Under the pieces are notes generated by a model. That model was not told the DNA's origin. It was given only the letters and a program-made list of their open reading frames with translations, and ran no database searches. A program made the position numbers and the translations under genes. A stretch of DNA of 59,921 nt, counting the filler, from Sphacelaria rigidula (lineage: Eukaryota): assembly GCA_964200075.2 (NCBI GenBank). It is 3 parts of 3 records of this genome, joined end to end, with 100 filler letters (N's around TTAATTAATTAA, not from the genome) between each part and the next. Parts side by side here need not be neighbours in the genome. Positions count along the whole stretch, not along the records: positions 20,014 to 39,921 come from CAXNAA020000590.1; 2 more parts are not named here. One strand, 5' to 3'. Positions 26,401-40,021 of this stretch are shown here, one piece after another; position 1 is the first letter of the stretch, and each line of letters starts with the position of its first letter.

Positions 26401-29400
26401 GAACGGAAACTCCCTCTGAATAACAGTGATTTTGTCTATTTTTTATTGATTGTCGCACTTGAACTGACCACCCATGGGTCCAGCCGTGGTCGCACGATAG
26501 ACGTGCCCAAGAAGATCAAAACCGAAACACTCGCGCAAGAAAAGAATGATCAGAAAGAAGTCGAACGGGACGACATGCTTCGTAGTAGACTAAGAAAAAA
26601 CAAAATCAACAAATGCAAAGCACAGAAAAGAGATGGCGGACCTAACAAAAGAAGGAGTAGAAAAAAGCAAAACAAAAATGGGAAGCAGACAGAAAGGTAG
26701 GACAGAGTAGACCGAGGAAAAAGAAAAGAAAACACAGACAAAGGAACTAGAGATGACCGACATTTTCAATACGGCTTCGCTGGAAAAGGTTGTGAGTAAG
26801 AGGGCATATCCATACCCAATCGTAAAATACAGGGAAGCCTTGGGAGCGGATTGAGGCTCATCTATTTCGACCTCGTTAGTTTGGGCATGAAGCTCTCAAC
26901 CATGAACCTTAAGGAAGCGAGGCGCCATACTACTCGTAGACATCAGGAGAGAAGAACACATAAGAATACGAGAGACATATACATAGAGATGAGGAAAGAG
27001 ACACCAGAGAAGAAGGAGCCTACGGATGTGATGAAGCCCAAAGAACACAGTACAGTTGAGTGAGTAGGGACAAACAAACACCAAAAAAACCACCAACAAA
27101 GGCCAAAAGTACCAAAAAAACACCGGAAAAAACAGGGGCACATCGCTTTCCGCGTTAGGCCAATTCCCCGCATTCATCATCCATAGTCGGGTACAAAGTG
27201 GACCATTCTCTGGGCCATTTCTAAGAGGAGCCTCCCAGAGGAGGGTGAAGATTGGGTACGCCACTAGGTGGTTGAGACAGAACATAGTTAGATGTGTGGT
27301 TTTGAAGCAGCTGCGCACTTCGCTTGCGTCGAAACCCAACAAGAACATGCTATACCCGTTCCCCAGCCCATATCGCAAGCCCCACCCACCGAAATCCCAC
27401 GTACTTTTGTCAACCTTGCTCTCTCCTCCCTCAGAGATCGTTATCGCCCCCGGCAGGGCTAATCCGCCATCGTCCCTGCGGATCCTCAGCGCACTCTTTC
27501 CCATCTTCACCTTCTTCGCAACCGTCAACCTTCGGTCGCCCTGAGCAACCCTCACACTTGGCGGAGACCAGTATTCACTATGCGAGCTTGCACAATATTT
27601 TCAGTCCGCAGCAGCAGCAGCAGCAACAACAACAACACCAAGAGTCATCAGAAAGCGCAACGGCATCTGCTCCGCACCCATCGGAAATCGGTACTGGAGT
27701 CCATGCGCCTAGCTTGCAGCAGCAGAATTCGCAATCGCCGTCCCTTGCGACGACGACGACAACGACAACAACGGCTTCAGAACGAGAAATCGGAGGCCTT
27801 TTCCACAACGGCACGCGCAGCTTCCCCCCTTCTATCCGTAACGTCGGTGTACCGATATCCGGCCTCGGTGTACCGGCGACGGGCTTGACTCCAACAGCTG
27901 TGTCTGTGGCTCTCCCGGTCTTCCCAGACGAAGCGGACGCGGTGTTGTCGTCGCAATCGCAATCATCGGATGCCGAGATGGCGCTCGATGGTGACGAGGA
28001 TGACGGCGAATTTCGTCGCACTGAGCGACCGCGAATACGAGACGACCATCCCGAAGACGTTTTTTCTTCTTCGGAGGGCGAAGAACTTTCCTTCAGGAAT
28101 TCCATCAGTAGGCACTACGCCAAGGATTACGACGGGACAAAGGGAGCGGGAGTGTTCGCCGTGAGGTAAGAGGGTGTGGCAGAGCTCGGGGTATTTGGAA
28201 TCTCCAGCACGGCTCTTCCAGGTTTCAACGATGATTGCTTTTCGTGAGAGAAAGAACGTTTGTTCTTTCGTGCGTACAGGGTGGAGTTTTTGGAAGTCTT
28301 CATAGGAATCACTACAGTATACCTATCAATGTGTCCCACGCCACGTTGGCATCGCGCGCATCTTATGTTCAAGGGTTATGTGTTGAGGATCCCTGGCGTG
28401 AGTAGTCCACCTGCCAACAGGGAAGCGCGCATGGTGCTTACGTAATCGGCAAATAGAAAAACAGCCTCTCAGCAGCCAGAGTCTCTAAGATGCTCTCTTT
28501 GGTTGCTCATGTTCTGGTTCTCCATATTTTCACGTACGCCCCATCAACCACCACTGCGTGCAATAGATTGATGCCACGGTAGCCCCCCCCCCCCCTGCCC
28601 GCCCCCGCAGAGAAGTGGTTGGTTGGAGGAGGAAAAACCTTGGTGCGAATCAAAATAGCAGAAGTCGAGCACACCGAGCAGCTGGGAACTTCCGCGTGTG
28701 GGATTGTTTTCGCCAATGTCGCTCATATGAGGCGCTTCATGCCGCCTGAAGCCAGCTATCATGCGTTGTATGGCCATTTTCCTCGTGTCAGTTTTGAGGC
28801 TGGTTCGGAGGGGGGGGGGGGGGGCAACTATCGGGGCATCACCCAATAGGGGTAAGTCACTGGGGTTCAAGGGGGGGGGGAGACGGGGAGAGGACGAGGA
28901 AGAGGTCTNNNNNNNNNNGGCGCTTCATGCCGCCTGAACCCACCTATCATGCGTTGTATGGCCATTTTCCTCGTGTCAGTTTTGGGGCTGGTTCGGAGGG
29001 GGGGGGGGGGGCAACTATCGCGGCATCACCCAATAGTGGTAAGTCACTAGGGTTCAAGTCGTGGCGGAGACGTGGAGAGTACGAGTCAGAGGTCTCTTAA
29101 TGGAAATGGCACCCTCAGAACTGGCCATTGAAGATGATCGAAAGAGTAAAATCTGCGTGCAGATCCGCGATGAAGGAAGGGGAGGGAGAAAGGGGGAGGG
29201 AGGAAGAGGGGGAGGGACAAATAGCATGCAGTATTTTTCGAATAATAATCAATCACGGAGGCGTTTGAGGGTATTTTTCGTCGAGGATATTTTTCGAAAA
29301 CAACGTCATTCATGGGAGAACGTTTTACCCGCCCCGATGACGACAAATGACGTCAGGCTCAGGCCACGGTTGTTAGAAAAAATCAAGAGTTTTAGTTGTT

Positions 29401-32400
29401 GCTTCCAGTGAGACCGCTACGTGCCGCTTTTGTCTCTTGCTGTATTCTACGTCATTATCCCACCACAAATAAATTCAGGGGGAAAACATCTGACGCTTTT
29501 CGCAAATTCGGGGGCAAAATATCTCCCGCTCATCAACCAACCCCTTTGCCAGTGCTTCCTCCTTTCAGGGTCGCTACAACTACCTCATCCATGGTTGTTG
29601 CATGGGGACAACATCTGCAGGTCCACGTTCTGGGTACCGTGTCGACGCCGCACCGGGTAGAGCTCAAGTATGGACAAATATCCGTACTTACTACAAAACG
29701 TTGGAGCACTGATCCGTCACGCTTTGTCGTGTGTTTCGGAACAGAACTACGTCGGCAGCAGCTATAGAGCAAGACCCAATTCGACACTGCCGGAGTCGGT
29801 CAAGTTCGATATGGCTGCACTTCCCGCACTTGGAGCTGTTGTTTTTGTTTTGGGCGTTCGAGGGAGCTGTGGCCGTCCAGGTGTCCGCCTTGCGATACGC
29901 CATGTGCCCCTGGGTTTTTTGGTTCGCGCTCGCAACTATGGTGAGCTCTTGTTCTCCCTTTTTCTCCCCCTCCTTCCCCCCCCTCTTTCTTTTTTCTCTC
30001 TCTTTCTTCTCTCCGTCTCGCATTTTCCGTGTCTATGTTTATCTGTCTGCCCGCCTGCGTGCCTACCTGTCTGTCGGTCCATGTGTTTGCTATGACAGCA
30101 CAACAGTACAGTGGCCAGAGACGGCGAACCTTTATAATATAACGTCGATTCATCAGTCTGGACAATGAGTGAACAAATTTGAGTGAATTGATGGAGATAC
30201 GAATGAACGCATGGATGGGTGGATTCATGGTGAATTTTTGTTTGTATTCGCTAGCAACATATGGCATCTAGATAATTCGAAGAGATGGAGGGCGTTTTGA
30301 TTGATTGGAAAAAAAAATCATTCATCGATGGCTACATGTTTCTTTGATCTCTGCACATCAACATTAACTAATGCTCTGCGAATCCAACCGTGGTTTCGTT
30401 ATAGAGGTACCCGAGGTAAATGAAAGGAAACAATCGCTACAAGAAAAGTCGAGAGAACAGGGACAACGATATAAAGAAGAAATCTGATAGAAAAAGAGAG
30501 CAAAATAAGTAAAAGAAAGGAAATAACGAGGACAAGATCGGGTTGATATTTAGTACCGGTCTCGAGAAAAATGCGGACAGACTCTAGCCTGGCCTTCAGG
30601 TGGGAAGTGTGTGCAAAAAGGCCATGTCGTGGAGGCAGATTCATGGATTGCAACGCTGAGATTTGATTACCGTATTATTAGGGCAGGCACAGGCTTCCGC
30701 TAGCTCTACAGAATTGAGACGCAAACACTGAAACATTTTTGTCACTGGTTACGCATACGACTCATACATTCGCAACACATCGGAGACGTTTCCGCGGCAG
30801 TTGCGCTCGCCACGCGGCGCAATAATACTCTCAAATGGTACTACACCTCATGAGAATATTTTACGCGTCTTGCTGTGCATCCTTTTACCTCTCCATGACA
30901 TACCCTCTCGTGCTAAGCATAAGGCGCGTTCTCTGGCATGGCCACTAGTGGTCAAAATAGACCAACATTGCAGCTGGTCGTGGGTCCCAGATCTGCCTGA
31001 AACGACAACGTACACGGGAAAACCCCAAATGACTAGTCATGGGGCAATTTTGGGTGCCGTCGTGTGTCTGATTCGTTCCATCCCGCATGACGATGGCCGG
31101 TGCGCAGCTGATGTTCCCGATACTGATGATCCTAATGGTGTGGCGGACGATCGTGGTGCGCGTGAAGCCAGACGAGCTCCTAGTCTTCCGACTCCATCCC
31201 AACGATGCTCTCAACAACAGCAACGACGACGGCGATAACGACGATGCCGTCAATAATCAGCAAGAAGACGGACTGCAACCACCTTGCGGTTTCGACGACA
31301 CCACGACCGTCACCCCCGCGGCCGCGGCCACCGCCGGTGACATCGCCGCGGAAGTTCCGAGCAACAGCGTCTCGGTGACCCTCACGGCAGGCGTAGACGA
31401 ACGTTCGGTGGCTTTGAAAACAGCGAGGGGCGCGGGATCTGAGGAGGGGGGCGGAGCAACGGGACAAGACGGTCGGGATGGTGCGAGTGGGTCTGTTCAA
31501 CGTAGGGGCCTGTGGGCAAAGGTAAATTTCGGCGGACGGGGTTTCAGGGGGGGAGGGTGTCGTATGAGGGTTTCCCGGGTTTCGTTCACGTGCAGCGATG
31601 ATCCCATTTCACCCGGCAACGTAACAGTTTTAGGTAGGGGGAAGGGCGGCCTAAGCAATGACTACTGAGGTTTTTCTGTACAGGGGTAAGCCGTACTGCA
31701 TAGGTAGGACTGCCATGTACTGTACCCGATTACTGCTCAGCAGGATACACAGGAAATGACACCTTAACATGATGAATTATACCTGGTCTCTTTAAATGGT
31801 GCATTGCTCGGAAACAAAAACGAAACAAGCCCCACATCCACAACGAAATGAATGGGCTTTGTCATCACTACGGATAGAAACCGCTACAATACCACGAATC
31901 GCAGTGGAAATTGCTTTTCCACGGTGGCAGAAATGAGGTTCGCGTGGGAGTTATGGACTCCAAACATTGTCAACAAAGATATCCAACGCTGTGCATGAGA
32001 CGTGCGGCCGTCATTGACATAGCTGAAGGAGAATACAACAAGGAACCAAAACAATACTTCCTCCATATTGCTTCGCGTACAAACCCCTGAAAAAATTGCA
32101 CGAAAAGCGTCGCCACGCCCTTCCTTCCCCCCACTACGTTTCGCTCCCCCGTGGTTGCCCATGCCCGCTGCGCACCACATTCACAGTTCGTCCACGGTTG
32201 GGATGAGCACGGGCTGTTGTTCTCGTGGGCAGACAGGGGGAACTGGGAGTCCGTGGCCACTTACGACCAGGTGGTGTGCTGTACTGAAGGTCGGCTGAAG
32301 GGGTCTCGTGTTTTGTCTATTTTGCACGAGATCCACCAGTATCGGTTTTTACAAGACAATTTTTAGCTTGTTTCATCCCGCAATCGATGGTCTGGTGATT

Positions 32401-35400
32401 TCTTGGATGACATCGCGATCTCTTGGCATACTGTACTTTGTTTCCGCCCAATGAACAGCTTCGGATACCCGTTTCTGCTTTTTCAGCGTCGTGTTTGGGA
32501 ATATATGCCTACTTCGTTCGGCAGACACATTCCTTTTTTGTTTTTTTCACCTGTAGGAAATTGTCTAGAAATGGTAGGTATAGTCGATCTCCGGGAGGGT
32601 GCAAAGGTGAGGCCGCGTGAACTTTTGTCCTTTTTCATACCACCAGTTGATCGACCAGTGTAGTGTGAAACCTGTTCATCGCCCAGTCCAATCACTAACA
32701 GGATTGAGCGTGTGGGTACACCATCTAGTAATTTTACGTGAAGCGGTTGTCGTAAAACATGATGTAGTATACCAGGTGTGCGTGTATAATGAGAGAGAAA
32801 AGGACTCCCCCAGTTGTCTGAATGGTCAATTTGTTCGAAAGGTATTTTCTGATTGGTGGTAAATCCATAGTCGACCGGTGACGTCATCCAGGGCGGTGAC
32901 ACCGTCTTCTGTGAAGATTTCAAAATTTGCAATTTTACCGTGGATGATGCTGACGTCAGCCGCAGCCACTTACGCATCTCACCCATCCATGATGATTGAT
33001 GATTTAATGCTTCGTGATTAATTTTGGATCATCGAATTGTGTGGATATATATATATATATATATATGTATGCTGATAATTCGGTGATTTCCCCGTGGATT
33101 GTACACGACACACATAAAAATTTTGGTACAGCGCACGGTAATTCGAGGTGATAGCAGCAGCGTGTAGTAAGGCTTCATCATGCAATCCGCTACCTTTTCG
33201 ACTTATATGCAGTACCAGCGATACAGCATCGTGACGAGAAAGATCGCTGCCGTATCCCCTTCGTCGCTCGTCAACCAAATTACTGATCAGAATTGTAGTC
33301 CATCACAAATATTTCCGCTGGTGGAGTTATGACGTTTTTGGGAAATACCTGAGGAAACTCCTCCCGGAAATCGTTGCCTGTACGACAGATACCTGCACAG
33401 TGCGTGTGGTTCTATTCGCTTTGATGGCTCATCTCCTCACCGACACTTGCCACAGAATCCGCCAAGATCGTACCCTCTACCGCATTCTCATCGTACATGC
33501 CACGTTTATTCGTTGCTCTGGCCGAAACAGGAAATCCAGCGGGAGGCCGACTGGTTCCGTATCGGCTTCGAGCCGGTTTTTGTGGATCTGTCCAAATCCG
33601 GCAGTTCCTACCTTGTCTTTCTGCTCCTCAAGGTAAAGAAACACATCTACGCCCCTTTTATTGGGAAGGATGGGGGGGGGAGCGTACTCATTGGCTGGCT
33701 GCCTTAGTCATTTGACCACTGACTATGCATCCCTTTTGAGACGGAGGTGCGGCACGGGGGGGGGGGAGGGGGGCGTGTATCATAACCAATACCTTGCATC
33801 CAGCCCGTGGTTTGAATCCGAACAAACAAAACGATTTCGATGACGTGCTTAAGAAGTGTTGGCTGCGCCACACGTACTACTAGCAGCCAGGTGCCATGAG
33901 TAGACAATAAAAACCTCGCTTTTATCCCCAAGAACCCTTGTTACGGAATATTTGGAATTAACATTTTGTGCCCGCCTTTTGAGGCAACGTCTACTTTATC
34001 GTACAAGTTGGGTGGCCACCGGGTCTGATCTTGCTCACACCCCGAGTTTGCGTGGCCGCCCGCCCCGTTCCTGTAGTTACGGAGGTGCGTCAGCATTGCA
34101 CTCGGCGGATTTTGTGCGTTCATGTCTCAACAGAGGAGTCTGGTTTCATTTTTCCGTAAGCAGAAAAAATGAAAGTGTGACTCGGCAAAAGATAACGTAT
34201 TGCGATGAAAGTGGATCGGCTGCAGAAGTGCCGGTTTAGTGCTCAATAATCAAGTGCAACGAAAGTGCCGGGGAAGAGATGTAGCGATCCCTCAAGGCTG
34301 TGGATACAGTCATCCTGAGCAAGAGGGGCGGTCAACTTAACGCCAGCTGTTCAGCGCTTCTGTGATTAAGAAACTACTCCCCCTCTCCCCCTCAATCTCT
34401 GCCTCTGGCTTGATCACTATTTTCGTTCAGAAGATACCTTGCGGAAAAATTCGAGCTTGTTTGATCAAAGCAACATCGTTCGATAGTTCATAGGCGTTCG
34501 GCATATAAATCATCACCTGTAGGTTCAAAACTCGAAGTTGAGGACCTCCATAAGTCAGTCTTTTGCAAAATATGGTCATTATTTTTCGGAAAACAACGGA
34601 TAAGCCGAAAGCAGCATTCAATCTCACCCGAACCCCCTTTCGTCCGTCGCCCCCGCCGTTCGTCGTTCTCTAAAATGCTTCTTATGTGATCTCAAACAAC
34701 GGCATGGTTGCCGTTCTTTTCGATCTAATTTACCTTCAAAAACACGCAATAACGCCTGGATTGCCGACGATAATGACAAAAAAGTGGTTTGCATTAGCTG
34801 CGGTGGGTGTCCTGGTGGACGACAGCATCTGGCAGCTCTGCATTTTTGCCGCGCTGCACGGATTGGACCTGGGGGTGATCGTCAGATTTTGCCCTTTTGC
34901 GAACAGGTACGCAGAGCTCCAGTATGCCAAGCGAGAAATATTACATTTTTCTCATGGCCGGCAGGGTGTTTCACGAATCTCGACGCCGCTAGGGGTGTTA
35001 TCTTGTGCCTTTTTGAGGATTTGTATCGCAGTTTGTAAGTGAAAGTCCTCTAGTGCGTGTATAGATGTTTTTCAACGTCACGCGAGGCACAGCGTATGGG
35101 GGTATTGTTTGTTTATCGGGTGCATGAGTAGGAGGCGTGTTCGCCGTTTGCTTCTCTTTTGGTAGATGTGACTTACGTTGGACTGCGGTACAACATATTA
35201 TGCGGCAGTGGGGTAATGTTTCGTTCGTCCGCTCATGCTTGAGGATTCCTATCCATCAGCTCTGCGTCGGGCATAGTCAGAGGGTAGCCATACGACGTAT
35301 ACATTAGAACGCACATACGCCGGTTGACGTCTGTCTCTCTGCGTAGTTTGATTGCATGAGCTAATTGATGAACCGATGAAATCGTTCTTGTGCATTCAGT

Positions 35401-38400
35401 TGTTGGGTTGGTTGTTTACTTCCAGCTCTGTTCGATGAGTGTGTCAGAGGAGGAAAAATTAGTGTTCGTCACCCGCATTGCTTCCGTTCTTCCTCTCATT
35501 GTTTCATCACACGACTTTGTTTGGGATCATGCTCCACACGATTGTACAGGTTGTGTCCCGCTTGGCTATTCATGCATGTTTGAAACAATCTGCCGACAGC
35601 TTCCGCTGTGAGGGCGACCTCGTTCCACACCACTACGTATACTCATGGTGGTTTTCTACCACAATAGGCTTCATATTACTAGATGAAAAAGGACCCGCAA
35701 GGCGGTAATCAAACAGGTGGTTTGTTGGAGAAGTACAGTAGTGACAGGTATGCTGGCCGCGCAAAACCGAATTATTTTCATGTTCTTGTTTCCATCTTAT
35801 GCCTTGTTCCTCTTTTGTCGTCGATATTTTCTATATCTCTTGTCGTTTCACATTGTGCCTTGTAGAGCGGTCAACTTCATCACTGCAGTCTCCACTTTGG
35901 TGGACTGTGCGAGCTCCGGGCTCATGGCAAGATCGGCGATGATTGAAGGGACGTCCAGCGCGGAAATGTTGGACGACCTGGTGTTTTACCTAGAGTTAGG
36001 AGTCCTTGTCGGTAAGTCGCGAATGGAAGGGTTCAGTGATGTTGTTTAATCGCTTTCCCCTTCCTTAGTTATTGTTCAGTACTACAGCCGAGCATAATCC
36101 TAGGATGAACGCTAAGCGAGTATAAAACGATGGCATACCGTTGGTATTTCCATCACCAAGTAGAATGAACCACGTCTATCGGTTGATGACTTGGGTCGTT
36201 TGTAAAACAGTTGCAATTTAAATATATTCATAGGTGAAATGGAAAGTCGTCGGCGTCTTAGAGCAGAATGGTGTGATGTGGGACGGGGGGACACGAAAGT
36301 TGACGTCGATTTGTCATCACACTCCTGTGCGGAAAAGTATGACAAAGTCACTGGAGCAACGTCGCTTGATCATAGAGATCTGCTACTGCCAGACCTTTGA
36401 CAGCACGACAAACTTCTCCAAACTTGAAAGCTAGATTTGAAGTTGGGCAAGTGATCGAATTAGACCCGCACGTCGCATTGACCCTGCCTTCAAAGATGAC
36501 TGTGCCGCGGCATCTACTCTTTGGGAACATCTTCGCTACTTCACTATCGAATGCCAAAATTGCGAACGTAATAACCGGTGACTGCAAAAGGTTCGACGAA
36601 GCCATGCCCGTGACGTAGATGCAACGACATGCCGAAGTTGGATTCGACCTTAAACAACGCGACGCTAGAGCGAACTTGAGTTCGCGACGGTACAGTCTAT
36701 GCCCAACACACTGACCTCGTTGTGTGTCTCAACGATGCTGACCATCACATACTACTGTAGAACAATACGAATCACCAAAAGATATCAGTAACAAATACTT
36801 GGGTAAAAGCCACATGTTATTGAGCAATGTACCTGCAGTAAACACTACAAATGTTCAACGAAACTCTTGGTCGAGACCCAGGGAGCCAGAATTCGCCAGC
36901 GCAAGCCATATTACGGCGGCATCTCTTTTATCAGTTGAGGCGCGTGGCTACCATTTCATGAAGTGCCGACACAATGCGCTCTTGCCTTGAACTGAAATAC
37001 AGCGTTAAGAAGAGAACAACTACCCCCAAAATGTCGAGTAAATGTGTGAGGCAATGAATGAACAACTGGGATTAAACGGCGGCTGCTGCTAGCAAGCCCT
37101 ACTTGAGCATGTAGTGGCAATTCATGTTGGGGAATACAGTATAAGCTCTATACGACACACGTGTGTGGACAACAAGTGCATTTGCCGTACTAGGTTCGGA
37201 AAAACACATATCGCCTTTGTATGCGCTGCGGTGGGCAGAAGTGACCCAGGGTTCGTCAAGAACGGGGTTCAAGGGGCGATCTGACTATTTTTAACGGCAT
37301 CTTTGGGACTGTGCTCTTCACCCAGATCGTTTCTTTCGCCGCCTCTTATCATTTGGGATTGGTGAATATCTCAGAAGTACAGTCAAGCGAGTTACTGTGT
37401 CGTCATAATGACCCGGTCAGTTTTCTACATAAATCGTACTCTAAGGACCCGGCGTGTGTTGCTCAGAGAATTACCGGATGTTGGGTCATAATTCAAGCGC
37501 ATAACGCAGATTTTGCACGGCGTGGATATATTCATTTTGAGTATAGACCTCGGGTGACTCTATGTGCGTCGAAATGTTTTTCAAAAATGCAAATGAACTT
37601 TCCGGTCGTGATTTGTGGCCTCGCTCATCCTTGAAAACAATCTCATCCGCAATTTGCAAAATATTTTGTTTGTTCGGACAATGTCGCCCTCAATTCATTT
37701 CCGTAAAACGAATTCGTTCCCATTTCTCAGAATTCCCTGTTAACGTGGGATTTCACAAAGTGTATGGATTTTTTTCGAGGATGAGCGAAGGCACACATCA
37801 CGACGGGAGAGTGCATTTGTATTTTTTTCGCGAATATTTCAACGCTTATGAAGGTTCCCAAGGCTTATCATCGATGAAAACTCCATCCGTGATTTGTAAA
37901 ATCCTGTATTACATCATGTGCTTCTTGCTACTACTTCTTTCTGGAGATGTACAATACTGTGTTCTTATTTCATGACGCGCAGAGAAACCTCAAGCGCTTC
38001 GTCAGCGGTCAAACTGAACGGCTGTCATGTTCGGCGATACCGATACCGATTTTCTGGTGGTGCGTAAAGTTTTGTAGTGTTTGCTACCGCACGAGACGGC
38101 TTCGGAAACCTACTCTTTTTTAGGAGCGTTATTTTTTCTCAGCGTATCACCGATTGGCTCAACAGCTTCGGGTCTACGTGCATGACTCACGCATGAGAAA
38201 CTCATCACGTGGAAAAAGAAAAAAATACTCTCGACTTTTTTTCAAATAACCGCAAACTGAGAAAAAATATTACTCCAAAAAGAAAAGGGGAGGGTTCCAA
38301 GGCGTTTTAATGTGTCATATCATTGACCACCCAACGAGTTGTCCGATGTAACTGAATCTACGCCTACGCAGCGGTCGCCATCTACACCCGTCAGTCTAAC

Positions 38401-38960
38401 TGGGGAACTCGAGAAAAACCGTATCTTTCGTCAGACCCGTAGATAACAACATAATGGTGTGTTTCGGTGGTTTCTTTTCCGTAAATTCATCCAAAGTGTG
38501 CAAGCCGTGCTGCTGATAAACTGTAGTCAAAACTTTGTCTACTGCGGCGTCTCCAACCTCATCTCATCTCTCTGTCGAACAGTGATCGACCGTGACATAC
38601 CGATATGCACCGGTGTTGGTGTATTCCTTACAACCTGGGCCGGTCGTTTGTAAAACTTGTAAATCAGGGGGAAAGTACATATTATCGCCTGACCGGTTTT
38701 CAACGGCATAGTGTTTAGTACAACTGTTTGGTGTCTCTAGGTTTGTCACATGTGCATGTTCCTGCAGCGTTCCCTGTACAAACCCTCAGACTGTTTCCCA
38801 CTGCTTTTTCCCGGTGCTTCGTTTCTCCTCATTATATGTCTCCATTTCAAAAGTCATAGTGATACCGGTGTACATCGACGCCGGAGTGGCCCTTTCAATC
38901 ATGGCGGTCGAACTTGCGGGGAACGCCATGGTAACCAGACGCGAGGCATCCGAACCGAAG
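20417..38960 (+). CDS. Uncharacterised multipass membrane protein (loosely TRP_C/FLC-like C-terminal TM region) with low-complexity loops; 5'- and 3'-partial
   Basis: Phase-compatible GT-AG exons: 20417-20821, 27612-28165, 29745-29940, 31108-31521, 32187-32270, 33531-33632, 34785-34906, 35866-36011, 38854-38960 (~710 codons). Hydrophobic segments include HFPHLELLFLFWAFEGAV, WVFWFALATMLMFPILMILMVW, FRIGFEPVFVD...YLVFLLLKWFALAAVGVL, IWQLCIFAALHG...PFANR, AVNFITAVSTLVD and VFYLELGVLV..IPVYID. The first two exons and the exact acceptors at 27612 and 38854 are less certain. Confidence 0.7.
23320..26030 (+). mobile_element. Decayed non-LTR retrotransposon (LINE) ORF2: APE endonuclease plus reverse transcriptase; intronic, sense orientation
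   Basis: Frameshifted or stopped fragments. APE: KIGSWNVCGF (23322), NIYMP, MLVADSIAR (degenerate GDFNA motif). RT: PKRWREGVVVNLSKKGDK..PRNYRGITLLS, QADFRPNRGCVDH, GVAQGCTLSPTLF, FVDD (24689-24700), YTYLGV. The C-terminal part has C-x-C...H. Purine-rich 22900-23320 may be an ORF1 remnant. Confidence 0.9.
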
Positions 38961-39234
38961 GTACAGTACTCTATACCGTAAGGTACTGAGTTTACAGGAT
39001 CACCCTCGGTGATCACAAGATCAGTCTTGATTTCAGCGTGCGCTGCGGCGTTCATGCCACCGAAAATAGTGTCATTGAAGCTACAAGATTGAAATCGTTG
39101 TCAAAACGGGATGTTGCGGCATTACCAGATCTTGTTTATGAGAGAGAAGATCAAGGTTTGGTGTTTTGTTCCCCGGATTGCTGTCCTCCTTGACGTATGA
39201 CAGATGAGTCTCTTTAACTGCCCCCCAAAAGACA

Positions 39235-39360
39235 AAAAAACGTCATGAGCACCCACATGTTGGGAGTGTCTCTGTTAGTAAAAGGAACGGTGCTCCGTCT
39301 CGCAAGGAATGCGGTCAATGGTCAAACGACTAAGGCAAGCAACAAATGAGTACGCTTCTT
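39235..39360 (+). mobile_element. Short LINE 3'-end fragment
   Basis: GGAACGGTGCTCCGTCTCGCAAGGAATGCGGTCAATGGTCAAACGACTAAGGCAAGCAACAAATGAGTAC matches the LINE tail. Another partial tail is at 26040-26150. Confidence 0.75.
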
Positions 39361-39614
39361 CCTCACCCAACACGAAAAACCAAGATAGAAATTGTCATGA
39401 GGCCAGCCTGCACATGGGAAAATGACCAGCTACAAGCAGAACATGGCGCGCGTCAAGCACGGGCAAAGCAATGCTAACATATGGGGGGGGGGGGGGGGGG
39501 GGGGTGCATTCCAAGAAAAAAATGCCTTATTGGAGGGGCCACACGCCGGAAACCCCGCCGGGTGTTGTTTTGCGTGGAACAGGNNNNNNNNNCGGGGGGG
39601 GAGGAGGGGGAAGA

Positions 39615-39645
<31 letters not shown>

Positions 39646-39921
39646 AGAGGTTAGATTCCACGAAAAAATGTGCTCATAGATGCGCCAAACGACCTGAAAC
39701 ACTCGCGGTTGGCTTGTGCTTGGGAAAAGGCGGTGTAAAGCAGTATGAATGAACGTCGTTTACCGAAGGCAAGCATATTTGAACAACTGTTAGCTGCTTT
39801 CAACGGAAGTCCAAGTGGAATTTGGTGGAAGGAAACGGCCCAAAATACCCCCTCCCTCCCCCCCCCCTCCCCCCCCCCCCCTATCTCTGGAAGTGGCAAT
39901 ACCACACAATAAAGCAACTCA

Positions 39922-40021
39922 NNNNNNNNNNNNNNNNNNNNNNNNNNNNNNNNNNNNNNNNNNNNTTAATTAATTAANNNNNNNNNNNNNNNNNNNNNNN
40001 NNNNNNNNNNNNNNNNNNNNN
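39922..40021. other. Artificial contig spacer N44-TTAATTAATTAA-N44
   Basis: Same structure as 19914-20013; linker at 39966-39977. Confidence 0.97.

Noticed and set aside
28731-29058. ~140-bp direct repeat flanking a 10-N gap
   Set aside because: Near-identical copies on each side of a gap next to G runs; most likely an unmerged assembly overlap.
38583-38653. Alternative terminal exon for the membrane protein (VIDRDIPICTG...)
   Set aside because: Phase-compatible, but 38854-38960 continues the hydrophobic helix better and has a polypyrimidine tract and a donor.
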